From Nanopusillaceae archaeon (GTDB lineage Archaea > Nanobdellota > Nanobdellia > Nanobdellales > Nanobdellaceae), in the NCBI GenBank assembly GCA_038735675.1, contig JAVYNJ010000004.1, positions 1 to 29,555 on the forward strand: a stretch of 29,555 nt of DNA. The letters are read 5' to 3'. Positions 16,103 to 24,060 of the stretch are shown here, piece after piece. A program made the translations under genes and the position numbers. The notes beneath the pieces were generated by a model that had not been told where the DNA came from, made no database searches, and worked only from the letters and a program-made list of their open reading frames with translations. The stretch's first letter is position 1; every line of letters begins with the position of its first letter.

Positions 16103-16626
16103 AAGAAGATATATATAAATCCTCTGTAAAATTTAGATCTAAGTTTTCACCTCAGGATTTTTATCAATCTTTAAAAAAACAAATTGAAAATTACGGATGG
16201 CAAGGAAAATTAGGTAAAGATTATTACGAAACTTACCAATATTATAAATTATCTCCAGAAGGCCTATTATTCGTAGAAAGTATTTGGGAAATGAGAAAAG
16301 AATATTGGAAAGAAGAACCTAAAATAAATTGGGAAATGAAAATAACTATAAAGATAAATAACTATAATATCTCAACACAAACTGGAGAAATAGAAATAGA
16401 AATTTCTTCCTCTCATGAAATTGAAGATATAAAGGAACCAGAAGCAAAATCTTTCTTAGAAATACTTTTATCATATTTTGGTATCACCCCCCATTTTTTA
16501 AAAAAAGAATATGAAAAGGCAAGAATAGCAGGAACCGGAATTAAGGGAAGATCTGCTAGAGATCTGTATATAATATGCGAAAAAATAAAAGAATGGATTA
16601 TTAATTATTTCAAAGGCTACTATTAA
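16099..16626 (+). CDS. Hypothetical protein (member 2 of a tandem paralog pair)
   Basis: DFYQSLKKQIENYGW in this protein aligns with DLYKSLKNFWEEKGY in the upstream protein. I recognise no family. Confidence 0.5.
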   Translation: MKEDIYKSSVKFRSKFSPQDFYQSLKKQIENYGWQGKLGKDYYETYQYYKLSPEGLLFVESIWEMRKEYWKEEPKINWEMKITIKINNYNISTQTGEIEIEISSSHEIEDIKEPEAKSFLEILLSYFGITPHFLKKEYEKARIAGTGIKGRSARDLYIICEKIKEWIINYFKGYY

Positions 16627-17012
16627 GGATTGTAGATTTCTATATTTAATTCTTTAGCCCTCTTTATTATTTGTTCTCTTTTTCTCCTTCCTACTGTTGA
16701 AGCAATTACAGCTATTTCTTTTTCTTTGTCAATTTTTTCTAATTCTTCTATATTATGAACTAAAACAGGCCTTTTTCCGTTTCTTAATAATCCTTTAACT
16801 TCCCTTGGAGAGCCATATCCTACTTCTACCATTTCTGGTTTTCCTTTTATTTTCTTTCTTATCTTATTATGTATTCCCTTTGGTCTTCTCCAAGAGTCTT
16901 TTCTATTTTTTAATCTGATCTTTTTATACCAATATACTCTCAAATATTCTGGTTTTTTTCTTTTTATTTTCTTTCTTATTCGTAATAAACTGAAAATATT
17001 TGTTCGCTTCAT
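16623..17012 (-). CDS. rpl32e: 50S ribosomal protein L32e (eL32)
   Basis: WRRPKGIHNKIRKKIKGKPEMVEVGYGSPREVKGLLRNGKRPVLVHN is the eL32 signature. Confidence 0.9.
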   Translation of the reverse strand: MKRTNIFSLLRIRKKIKRKKPEYLRVYWYKKIRLKNRKDSWRRPKGIHNKIRKKIKGKPEMVEVGYGSPREVKGLLRNGKRPVLVHNIEELEKIDKEKEIAVIASTVGRRKREQIIKRAKELNIEIYNP

Positions 17013-17050
17013 CTTATAAATTTATGTATAAAAGTAAAATCTTCTTAAAT

Positions 17051-17584
17051 TTATGGCTTTTCAATTATATATAAGCCATCCTGAAATTTTCTTAAATCTT
17101 TTTCTTTAATTTTTGTTAGGGCTTCTAGTCTACCAGCAAAATTTCCTACAATTTCTATATCGACACCCTCTACTATTACTATATCTCCCTCTATTTTCAC
17201 GTTTACACCTTCTGGTATTTCTAATTCTCTATTTTTTCTTTCACCCAAAAAATTTTCTATTATAAATTTATTATTTTGTATCTTCATTTTAAATGGAAAA
17301 TGAACGTAAACAGCTTTTAATTTATATTGAAAACCATGCAAAACGCCATTTATCGCATTTTTTATATGTGATGCTAAGGTATAAAGATGTTTTGCTTCCC
17401 TTCTAGTTGCGAAATATGCTTTTAAAATCAAAATGTTATTTTCAATAGTTATATATATTCGTGGGTGTTCTATTCTTCTTTCTACCTTTCCTTTTGGACC
17501 GCTAACAATTATTTTATTTTCTTTGATTTCAATATTTACATTTTCTGGTATATTAATACTCTCTTCTATAATACGGTATCTCAT
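17051..17584 (-). CDS. rpl6: 50S ribosomal protein L6 (uL6)
   Basis: IPENVNIEIKENKIIVSGPKGKVER... and the duplicated L6 domain layout match uL6. The operon position before L32e also fits. Confidence 0.9.
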   Translation of the reverse strand: MRYRIIEESINIPENVNIEIKENKIIVSGPKGKVERRIEHPRIYITIENNILILKAYFATRREAKHLYTLASHIKNAINGVLHGFQYKLKAVYVHFPFKMKIQNNKFIIENFLGERKNRELEIPEGVNVKIEGDIVIVEGVDIEIVGNFAGRLEALTKIKEKDLRKFQDGLYIIEKP

Positions 17585-17609
17585 TTTTTCTTGTTTTTTG
17601 AAAAATTTT

Positions 17610-18137
17610 TTAAGCTTCTTTTAATACTTTCACTTTGAATTTTTCTTCGAGAAACTTTATTACTTCTTCTTTGGTAGTTCTATGCCTTTTTGGTATTTTT
17701 GCCTTTTTTATTTTTCTATACATTACCCTGTATCCTGGTCTTTTTACAGTTACGCAAACATCCATTCCAAACATTCCAATTTCCGGATCATATTTTAATC
17801 CTGGTATCCAAACATACTCTTTTATTCCGAAACTAAAATTGCCAAATTCGTCAAATTGACTTTCTTTTAAAGTATTGTTTACAGCTTTTAGAAGCCATCT
17901 TAATGCTTCTTCTGCTTCTTTTTTTCTTAAAGTTAATTTTAATCCAATTTCCAATCCTGGTCTTATTCCCCAAGCTTCTATTCTTTTTTTTGCCTTTGTT
18001 CTAACAGGTTTTCTATTTGGAAACATTTTCATTAATAACTTTTCAGCCTTTTCTAATGGTTCTCCTGGTTTACCTACCCCTATGTTTATTGTAACTTTAT
18101 CTATTTCAATTCTTCTCATTACATTTTCAGATTTCAT
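17610..18137 (-). CDS. rpl5: 50S ribosomal protein L5 (uL5)
   Basis: MRRIEIDKVTINIGVG......FGIKEYVWIPGLKYDPEIGMFGMDVCVT matches uL5. Confidence 0.9.
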   Translation of the reverse strand: MKSENVMRRIEIDKVTINIGVGKPGEPLEKAEKLLMKMFPNRKPVRTKAKKRIEAWGIRPGLEIGLKLTLRKKEAEEALRWLLKAVNNTLKESQFDEFGNFSFGIKEYVWIPGLKYDPEIGMFGMDVCVTVKRPGYRVMYRKIKKAKIPKRHRTTKEEVIKFLEEKFKVKVLKEA

Positions 18138-18865
18138 TTTAATGTAATAAGAGGTTTTTCTTCGCCTACAACTATTCCATATTCTGCGATAGTTTCCTTT
18201 AACTCTTTAGTTTCGAGATCTTCGTAAATAATAAATCTAGTATTTCCAAAACATTTTTTATATATTTTTAGCTCTTTTAGTTTACCAAATGATCCTGCTT
18301 TATGTCCTTTATAAAAAAATAGCAATGCTTCTGTTTTTAATTTTAATATTTTCTTTATTTCGTTATTCTTTAAATCTACAAATAACGAATCTCCAGTTTT
18401 TATATTATTATCGTCAGTTAAAAAGTTTCTTCCATCGAATCCTGTAATTTGTATTTTTCCATTTTTTATCATGGTCTTTTTAATTATTTTTATTATTTTT
18501 AATCCGTCTTCTTCTTTTGAAATTTCTACTAATTTTAATTTATTATTTGTAGACATAGTAACTCTATAATACTTGTCAATATCTATAATTCCAATTGTAT
18601 CAAAAAGTCCGGCAGGATACCTTATATCTTTAACAGGCTTTCCGTTTATTGTAATAGATCCTTTTGATAAAGCGTATTTAACTTCATTTTTTGTTTTAAA
18701 TAATTTTAAATAGTCTCTTAGCCATAAAACAATTGGCATACAAAGTTCAAATTTTATTCCTGTTGTTAAAGGTCTACAAATCCAATAGCTTCCTTTTCTT
18801 GGAATTGGCCATTCTTTTGGTGCAGCTATTCTTCTTAAATGTCTAGTTCCAGATACATGCGCCAT
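18134..18865 (-). CDS. rps4e: 30S ribosomal protein S4e (eS4)
   Basis: GTRHLRRIAAPKEWPIPRKGSYWICRP...LRDYLK...INGKPVKDIRYPAGLFD is the eS4 signature. Confidence 0.9.
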   Translation of the reverse strand: MAHVSGTRHLRRIAAPKEWPIPRKGSYWICRPLTTGIKFELCMPIVLWLRDYLKLFKTKNEVKYALSKGSITINGKPVKDIRYPAGLFDTIGIIDIDKYYRVTMSTNNKLKLVEISKEEDGLKIIKIIKKTMIKNGKIQITGFDGRNFLTDDNNIKTGDSLFVDLKNNEIKKILKLKTEALLFFYKGHKAGSFGKLKELKIYKKCFGNTRFIIYEDLETKELKETIAEYGIVVGEEKPLITLK

Positions 18866-18866
18866 T

Positions 18867-19364
18867 CTATATATTTTTTCCTATTTCTTTAGCCTTTTTT
18901 ATATCATCTTCACTAACAGAAAAGTTTTTAATAATCTCTTCTACTATTCTAGAATCCTTTATTTTTCTGTTTAATATTTCTATTCTTTTTCTATCAGACA
19001 AATTTAACTTTAAAATTTCTACTTTGGAGTAATGTATTGGATAATAAACTTCTTTTCCAGATTTGTTAATATATTTTGCCTTATCTATGAAAATTCTATA
19101 TCTTTTTGCATCAACTTTTACTACAAATCCTTCTAAGTTTTTAAACTTTCCTCTAAGAATTTTAACATAATCTCCAACTCTTATAGGGATACTTCTTATT
19201 TTTGCTATTTCTCTAATTTTTTTTGACAAAGGAGAACACATTATTTTTCTTCTTATGTGTATAGGAGCGTTAATTAAATATTTTCTTTGTTTTTTAGGTT
19301 GTTTAGAAAACTTCCAGCTTTTAGACCAATTAGAGTAGTCTATATTTTTGAATTTTAAAACCAT
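18867..19364 (-). CDS. rpl24: 50S ribosomal protein L24 (uL24), with a long C-terminal extension
   Basis: SKQPKKQRKYLINAPIHIRRKIMCSPLSKKIRE plus the KOW segment IRVGDYVKILRGKFKNLEGFVVKVD match uL24. About 45 extra residues at the C-terminus have no obvious family match. Confidence 0.85.
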   Translation of the reverse strand: MVLKFKNIDYSNWSKSWKFSKQPKKQRKYLINAPIHIRRKIMCSPLSKKIREIAKIRSIPIRVGDYVKILRGKFKNLEGFVVKVDAKRYRIFIDKAKYINKSGKEVYYPIHYSKVEILKLNLSDRKRIEILNRKIKDSRIVEEIIKNFSVSEDDIKKAKEIGKNI

Positions 19365-19365
19365 T

Positions 19366-19767
19366 TTATACTATGATGCTAGCGATTTTTCCAATTTCTG
19401 GCCATCTTTCTACAGCTTCTTTAGCTACGGGACCTCTTATTATAGTTCCTGCTAAATTTCCTGCTTCATCTTTCAATAAGACACAAGCATTATCTTCAAA
19501 TTTTATTCTAGTTCCATCAGCTCTTCTATATTCTTTTCTTTGTCTTATTACTATTGCTCTCATAACTTTACCCAATAATGAAATATCTCCTTCTTTTACG
19601 CTTACTACTATTAAATCTCCAACTCCAGCTTTTGCTAATCTTCTTTTAACACCTTTATATCCGATAACCTGAATTAGTTGTACAACCTTTGCTTTTGAGT
19701 TGTCGGCGACTTTTAAATAAGCTCCCGTATTTAATGACCTAACAACTCTTGCGGATATCGGTTTCAT
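19366..19767 (-). CDS. rpl14: 50S ribosomal protein L14 (uL14)
   Basis: [40 protein letters not shown]...[23 protein letters not shown] is a strong uL14 match. Confidence 0.95.
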   Translation of the reverse strand: MKPISARVVRSLNTGAYLKVADNSKAKVVQLIQVIGYKGVKRRLAKAGVGDLIVVSVKEGDISLLGKVMRAIVIRQRKEYRRADGTRIKFEDNACVLLKDEAGNLAGTIIRGPVAKEAVERWPEIGKIASIIV

Positions 19768-20096
19768 TTTTTACCCAATACAACGAAGTTTACTGTTTTA
19801 GATAATGGCCTTGTTTCTCCAATTATAACAATATCTCCCTCTTTTATTTCAGATAAACATTCTGGGACATATGCTTTTATAGTGCTTCTTCTTTTCTCAT
19901 ATCTTTCATATTTTGGAATGTAAACATATCTATACATTTCTATTTTTGCAATTTTATGTTTAAATTTTATTACTTTTCCTTCAAATAAAAAACCATGTAT
20001 TCTTATCTCTCCATGCCAAGGGCATTTTTTTTCATTACAAACATTTGTTGGTGGGGAAATTCCGTCAATTCCGATATCTTTAGTATAAGGACTCAT
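19764..20096 (-). CDS. rps17: 30S ribosomal protein S17 (uS17)
   Basis: [59 protein letters not shown]....[21 protein letters not shown] is the archaeal uS17 pattern. Confidence 0.9.
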   Translation of the reverse strand: MSPYTKDIGIDGISPPTNVCNEKKCPWHGEIRIHGFLFEGKVIKFKHKIAKIEMYRYVYIPKYERYEKRRSTIKAYVPECLSEIKEGDIVIIGETRPLSKTVNFVVLGKK

Positions 20097-20132
20097 TATT
20101 CAAAAAATTTAGCAATATATTTATAAATGTGT

Positions 20133-20181
20133 ATGAAGAATAATCCCATTGCTGAAAAATGATGATAGATGGGCGTGCAGA
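20133..20181 (+). ncRNA. C/D-box sRNA unit C (49 nt), immediately upstream of the 5S rRNA
   Basis: Layout: C AUGAAGA 20133-20139, 12-nt guide, D' CUGA 20152-20155, spacer aaa, C' AUGAUGA 20159-20165, 12-nt guide, D CAGA 20178-20181. The geometry and box variants are identical to unit A at 1932-1980. Confidence 0.55.
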
Positions 20182-20212
20182 TTTAAAAATATTTTTCAAA
20201 ATATAGAAAAAT

Positions 20213-20328
20213 TAGGGCGGCCAAAGTGACCGGGAACCACCCGTTCCCATTTCGAACACGGAAGTTAAACCGGTCCACGTCCGCGATAGTACTGGCGCAA
20301 GCCGGGAAATCGCGGAAGCCGCCCGCTC
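20213..20328 (+). rRNA. rrf: 5S ribosomal RNA (solitary, not linked to 16S/23S in this window)
   Basis: It is a GC-rich island. The terminal helix pairs GGGCGGC (20215-20221) with GCCGCCC (20318-20324). The internal CCCATTTCGAACACGGAAGTTAAAC matches the conserved 5S loop B/helix III region (compare E. coli CCCATGCCGAACTCAGAAGTGAAAC). The ends are good to about 3 nt. Confidence 0.9.
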
Positions 20329-20339
20329 CTAAATATTAT

Positions 20340-20627
20340 TTACATTATTGGAAATCTTTTTACATTTCCACAATATAAACATCTGTATATTATTTTTCCA
20401 TTTCTAACTCTTATAGATAAAGTTTTTCCAGGAATCCAAATAGTATAACATTTTTTACAAAATTTATTTCTTAAATTTTTTATAATTTTTATTTTTGCCT
20501 TCTTTTTTATTTCTAGGATAATCTGAATATACCTTCTAGAAAGGCTAGGATCTTTATCAAATATTTCTAGAGCTTTTTTATATAAATAAAAGATTCTATT
20601 TATTGCTATTTTTTTTATATCTTTCAC
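20340..20627 (-). CDS. rnp4: RNase P protein component 4 (Rpp21/Rpr2 family)
   Basis: An N-terminal helical region (RIFYLYKKALEI...SRRYIQIILEI) is followed by the zinc ribbon FCKKCYTIWIPGKTLSIRVRNGKIIYRCLYCGNVKRFP, as in Rpp21. Confidence 0.75.
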   Translation of the reverse strand: MKDIKKIAINRIFYLYKKALEIFDKDPSLSRRYIQIILEIKKKAKIKIIKNLRNKFCKKCYTIWIPGKTLSIRVRNGKIIYRCLYCGNVKRFPIM

Positions 20628-20968
20628 TTTAGATTTATATCTATTCTTTGAATTTCTTTTTTATCTAAATTTTCAACAACTATAGATATTTTGTCATTAA
20701 TGTCGTACTCTAATCTTGGTATTTTTATTTCAATGTTTTCTTTTTTATATTTTTCTATAGATATTATCAATGGAGAAATTAAGGTAAAATACATTCTAAA
20801 TCTTAAATTAGTAAATTGATCTTTAATTTCGATTTTTTCTGTATAAATTTTAAATTTTTTAATATATGGAGAATGATTTTTTATTGTTATTAAAAGTTTT
20901 TTAGAATATTTTGGATCTAAAATAGGTTCTACTTTATATTCAAGTATCCATTTATCTGAGATTTCCAT
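20624..20968 (-). CDS. Hypothetical protein (114 aa) embedded in the pth2-rnp4 operon
   Basis: The ORF overlaps both neighbours (17 nt and 4 nt). I recognise no motif. Confidence 0.45.
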   Translation of the reverse strand: MEISDKWILEYKVEPILDPKYSKKLLITIKNHSPYIKKFKIYTEKIEIKDQFTNLRFRMYFTLISPLIISIEKYKKENIEIKIPRLEYDINDKISIVVENLDKKEIQRIDINLK

Positions 20969-21311
20969 AATAAAGTTTTAAGTTTCCAGTTATTTTATCT
21001 ATTTTTTCTTCTTCATCTGGTCCTATTGCAATGCATGTTATAGTATTTGGAGGAAGTTCTGTTAATCCAGCATCTCTAATTAAAACACAAACTAGATTAT
21101 TTTTTTTAGCTAATTCATAGTAATTTAACAATTCCTTTTCATTTTCTACAGATAAAATAACCTTTTTAGCTCCTTCAGATAACCATTTGTCTAATATTTC
21201 TTTTTTAGACAATAAAGCAGCTTCTAATGAAGCATGAGCTACTTGTACACACATTTTTCCGCAAGAAATATTCAAATCTTTTCTTACAATTATAACTTGT
21301 TTGTATTTCAT
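20952..21311 (-). CDS. pth2: Peptidyl-tRNA hydrolase, archaeal type (Pth2)
   Basis: KQVIIVRKDLNISCGKMCVQVAHASLEA...KKVILSVENEKEL......VCVLIRDAGLTELPPNTITCIAIGP is the PTH2 signature. Confidence 0.9.
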   Translation of the reverse strand: MKYKQVIIVRKDLNISCGKMCVQVAHASLEAALLSKKEILDKWLSEGAKKVILSVENEKELLNYYELAKKNNLVCVLIRDAGLTELPPNTITCIAIGPDEEEKIDKITGNLKLYYGNLR

Positions 21312-21694
21312 ATTAAATTTTTTAATTTTTCTAATAATAAAGAATATCTAATTTCCATCTCCTTTCTCTTTTTAAATTCTTCAGTATAGAGGTTTCCAAT
21401 ATTTTTTATTTCATTATCTATTCTTTCAAATATTTTTTTTATATTTTCTGTTTCTTTATTTAAATAATTTAACCATTCTTTAATTTCAGATACTTTTTTA
21501 TTGTTATTTTCTCTTACATCTTCTATATCTTTTTCCAAATTTTTTAATTTGTTTTCAATATTCGAAATTTTCTCATTAATATTTTTTATTTCATTTAAAA
21601 TTTCAGCTAATTTGTCGGTGAGTGATTCATAAGCTCTTTTTAGATCGTCTATTCTAAGTAGTTCTTCTATTATCTTTTCATAAGAATCTGTCAT
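21308..21694 (-). CDS. Hypothetical coiled-coil protein
   Basis: Heptad-like K/E/N/I-rich sequence runs throughout. It is the first gene of the operon and is joined to pth2 by a 4-nt overlap. I cannot assign a family. Confidence 0.45.
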   Translation of the reverse strand: MTDSYEKIIEELLRIDDLKRAYESLTDKLAEILNEIKNINEKISNIENKLKNLEKDIEDVRENNNKKVSEIKEWLNYLNKETENIKKIFERIDNEIKNIGNLYTEEFKKRKEMEIRYSLLLEKLKNLI

Positions 21695-21726
21695 AATATT
21701 TATTATAAACTATCGTATTTTTATTA

Positions 21727-22245
21727 ATGATACTTAAGCTGCACTTTTCGATATCTTTAATATTATCATATATAATATATTTTGTGTTTATGAATTTTGA
21801 CAGATATTCGGCTTTATCGTTATCAATAATAACTGCGAAATTTTCTACAATACCGGATATGGATTATAAAATATCTTCTTGGACTAATAGACAAATATCG
21901 ATATTAGAAAGAAAGAAAATATATTATTTTGTAATTCCATATTATCTTTTCTTAAAGTTTTTAGCAAAAATGTTTAAACATAGAGGAATTACTCACTCAA
22001 TTTATTTTGTCTTACTTTTCTTATTTTTAAAATTTGTATTTTCAAATATATTTTTTATTTTGGCTCTTTCCTTTGCATTGCATATATTAGAAGATATTTT
22101 TACAGTTTCAGGTGTTGAAATATTTTATCCTTTAAGTAATTTTAAAATAAGGATTCCTCTATTTAACAACAAATACAAAGAAATACAAGAAAAAATTTCT
22201 ATAATATTTCTAATACTCTTTTTTATTACTTTTTTATTATTATAA
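21727..22245 (+). CDS. Membrane-bound metal-dependent hydrolase-like protein (DUF457/YdjM family)
   Basis: It is polytopic and hydrophobic. The motifs IPDMD, HRGITHS and LHILEDIFTVSGVEIFYPLS match the DUF457 pattern (PD.D...HRG.THS...H...D..t..Gv.l.yP.s). Confidence 0.6.
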   Translation: MILKLHFSISLILSYIIYFVFMNFDRYSALSLSIITAKFSTIPDMDYKISSWTNRQISILERKKIYYFVIPYYLFLKFLAKMFKHRGITHSIYFVLLFLFLKFVFSNIFFILALSFALHILEDIFTVSGVEIFYPLSNFKIRIPLFNNKYKEIQEKISIIFLILFFITFLLL

Positions 22246-22250
22246 TAAAA

Positions 22251-22778
22251 ATGAGAGTTTTTATAGCAATAGATTTACCAGAAGAAATAAAAAACAAAAT
22301 TGTTTCATATTATAAGGAAATTAAGGGAGTTCATGGAAAATTTGTAGAAAAGGAGAACTTACATATAACTCTCAAATTTCTTGGAGAATTACAGCCGAAT
22401 ATTGTAGAAAAAATAAAAAAGGAGTTGGAAAATATAAAATTCTCAAAGTTTAATATAGAAATTGGAGGTTTTGGAAATTTTAATAATAGAGTGTTATGGT
22501 TTGGAGTAAAAAAAGGAGCAAATAATCTAATTATGTTGAAAAAAGAAATAGACAATGTTATAAAAAAATTTGGCTTTTATGAGGAAGATTTCTATCCTCA
22601 CATTACTGTTCTTAGAATTAAACAAATATTATCAAGATCAGATTATAATCATACTTTAGAAAAATTATCGTCAGCAAATATAGGCGAATTTATTGTAGAG
22701 GAGTTCTCTTTAAAGCAAAGTATATTAAGATATGAAGGTCCGCTATACTTAGACATAGCAAGGTATAAATTAATTTAA
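22251..22778 (+). CDS. thpR: RNA 2',3'-cyclic phosphodiesterase (ThpR/LigT, 2H phosphoesterase)
   Basis: MRVFIAIDLPEE matches the family N-terminus. The two H-x-T/S motifs are present (LHITLKFLGE and PHITVLRIK). Confidence 0.8.
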   Translation: MRVFIAIDLPEEIKNKIVSYYKEIKGVHGKFVEKENLHITLKFLGELQPNIVEKIKKELENIKFSKFNIEIGGFGNFNNRVLWFGVKKGANNLIMLKKEIDNVIKKFGFYEEDFYPHITVLRIKQILSRSDYNHTLEKLSSANIGEFIVEEFSLKQSILRYEGPLYLDIARYKLI

Positions 22779-22803
22779 ATCTTAACTAAAGATGTAAAAG
22801 AAA

Positions 22804-22995
22804 ATGGGTAGTACAGGATTATTACCTGAAGTTAAATTAAGAAAGTTTGAAAGAATATTTATATGTAGAAAATGTAAATCTAGAATACGTGCAGATCCAG
22901 TTAAAGTAAAATTAGGAAAAGTAAAATGTAGAAAATGTAAATCTAAGGATTTAAGACCTAAAAGATCAGAAATTGTATTAATAGGGTCGAAATAG
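22804..22995 (+). CDS. rpl40e: 50S ribosomal protein L40e (eL40)
   Basis: IFICRKCKSRIRA......KCRKCKSKDLRPKR matches the archaeal eL40 zinc-ribbon pattern. Confidence 0.7.
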   Translation: MGSTGLLPEVKLRKFERIFICRKCKSRIRADPVKVKLGKVKCRKCKSKDLRPKRSEIVLIGSK

Positions 22996-23001
22996 TTAAA
23001 G

Positions 23002-24060
23002 ATGTATTTTTTACTATTATATATATTTTTTCTTTCTGCTCTTTTTCAATTTTTAAAAAAAATTGGGAAAAATGTAGAATATAAGTACATATATGGTCTT
23101 TATAAAATTGGAAATAGACTAGATTTTCTGGAAAAAATTAGTAAATCTAAATTAATAAAAATTTTTGAATACGCAGCTATTCCTATAGGGTTTATTTCAA
23201 TGATAGTTGCAATTTACTTTATTTTTTATGGTATAAAAGCAAGGATACCAACTGTGGTTCCGGTTATTCCTGGTTTAGAAATATATGGAATAAAGTTTCC
23301 AATTTTTGAAGTAATATTAGCAATATTTATTTCAGCTCTAGTTCATGAATTAGCCCATGCTTTATTAATTATAAAAAATAAAATAGAAATAAAATCCTTT
23401 GGAATTTTCTTTTTTGGGCCATTTCTTGGAGCCTTTGTTGAACCATCCGAAGATATATTTAAATTGAATAAAATTAAACAAATATCTATTTTTAATGCTG
23501 GAATATTAGCAAACATTCTTTTGTCTTTATTTGTTGCTCTTTTGATATATATTTTATATAGTTCTAATATTCTTAGCTCAGAATCGTATGTTTATATTGT
23601 GGGGAAAGTTCCAAATGTTACCAACGTTGAAAATCTTTCTTTTGAGACAAATGAAAGAGTTTTATTTATTGGTAATAAAGAAATTAGAGAGTACAAAGAC
23701 ATAGTAGAAGCGTTAAGTAATTATTCTCCAGGTGATAAAATTGAATTAATTACTGATAAAGGAAAATATATAATAGAATTATCTGAAAGGGATGGAAAGC
23801 CATTTATAGGATTATATTTTGCTCAGAAAGTAAAATTTGGAATGGTATTTAATATATTGTTTTGGATATTTATAATAAGTTTGGGTATTGGTTTAGGAAA
23901 TTCTTTACCGATATTTACATTAGATGGTGGACAAGCACTTAAAGCATTATTAAATATTCTAATTAAAGACGATAAGAAAGCTTCAAAATTACATATTTTA
24001 GTTAGTTATTTAATTTTAGCAGCACTAATATTAAATTTTGTTTTATTATTTGGCAAATAA
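23002..24060 (+). CDS. Site-2 protease family (M50) membrane metalloprotease with an internal PDZ-like insert
   Basis: The HExxH motif is in a TM segment (LVHELAHALL). The NxxPxxxLDG motif is present (GNSLPIFTLDGGQAL). There are multiple TM helices. Confidence 0.8.
   Translation: MYFLLLYIFFLSALFQFLKKIGKNVEYKYIYGLYKIGNRLDFLEKISKSKLIKIFEYAAIPIGFISMIVAIYFIFYGIKARIPTVVPVIPGLEIYGIKFPIFEVILAIFISALVHELAHALLIIKNKIEIKSFGIFFFGPFLGAFVEPSEDIFKLNKIKQISIFNAGILANILLSLFVALLIYILYSSNILSSESYVYIVGKVPNVTNVENLSFETNERVLFIGNKEIREYKDIVEALSNYSPGDKIELITDKGKYIIELSERDGKPFIGLYFAQKVKFGMVFNILFWIFIISLGIGLGNSLPIFTLDGGQALKALLNILIKDDKKASKLHILVSYLILAALILNFVLLFGK

Noticed and set aside
17433-18147. Track ORFs antisense to conserved genes. 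These include 17433-17624, 17635-17859, 17875-18147, 19373-19672, 63-281, 1473-1715, 8966-9172, 9156-9440, 9437-9700, 9574-9783, 11317-11616, 13307-13528, 14669-15031, 22331-22555, 25261-25671, 25848-26045, 26084-26266, 26656-27015, 27196-27390 and 28267-28479.
   Set aside because: Each lies fully inside, and opposite to, a gene with a clear conserved family signature. Their translations are low-complexity F/I/L/S/N-rich strings, as expected from reading AT-rich coding DNA backwards. They are shadow ORFs, not genes.
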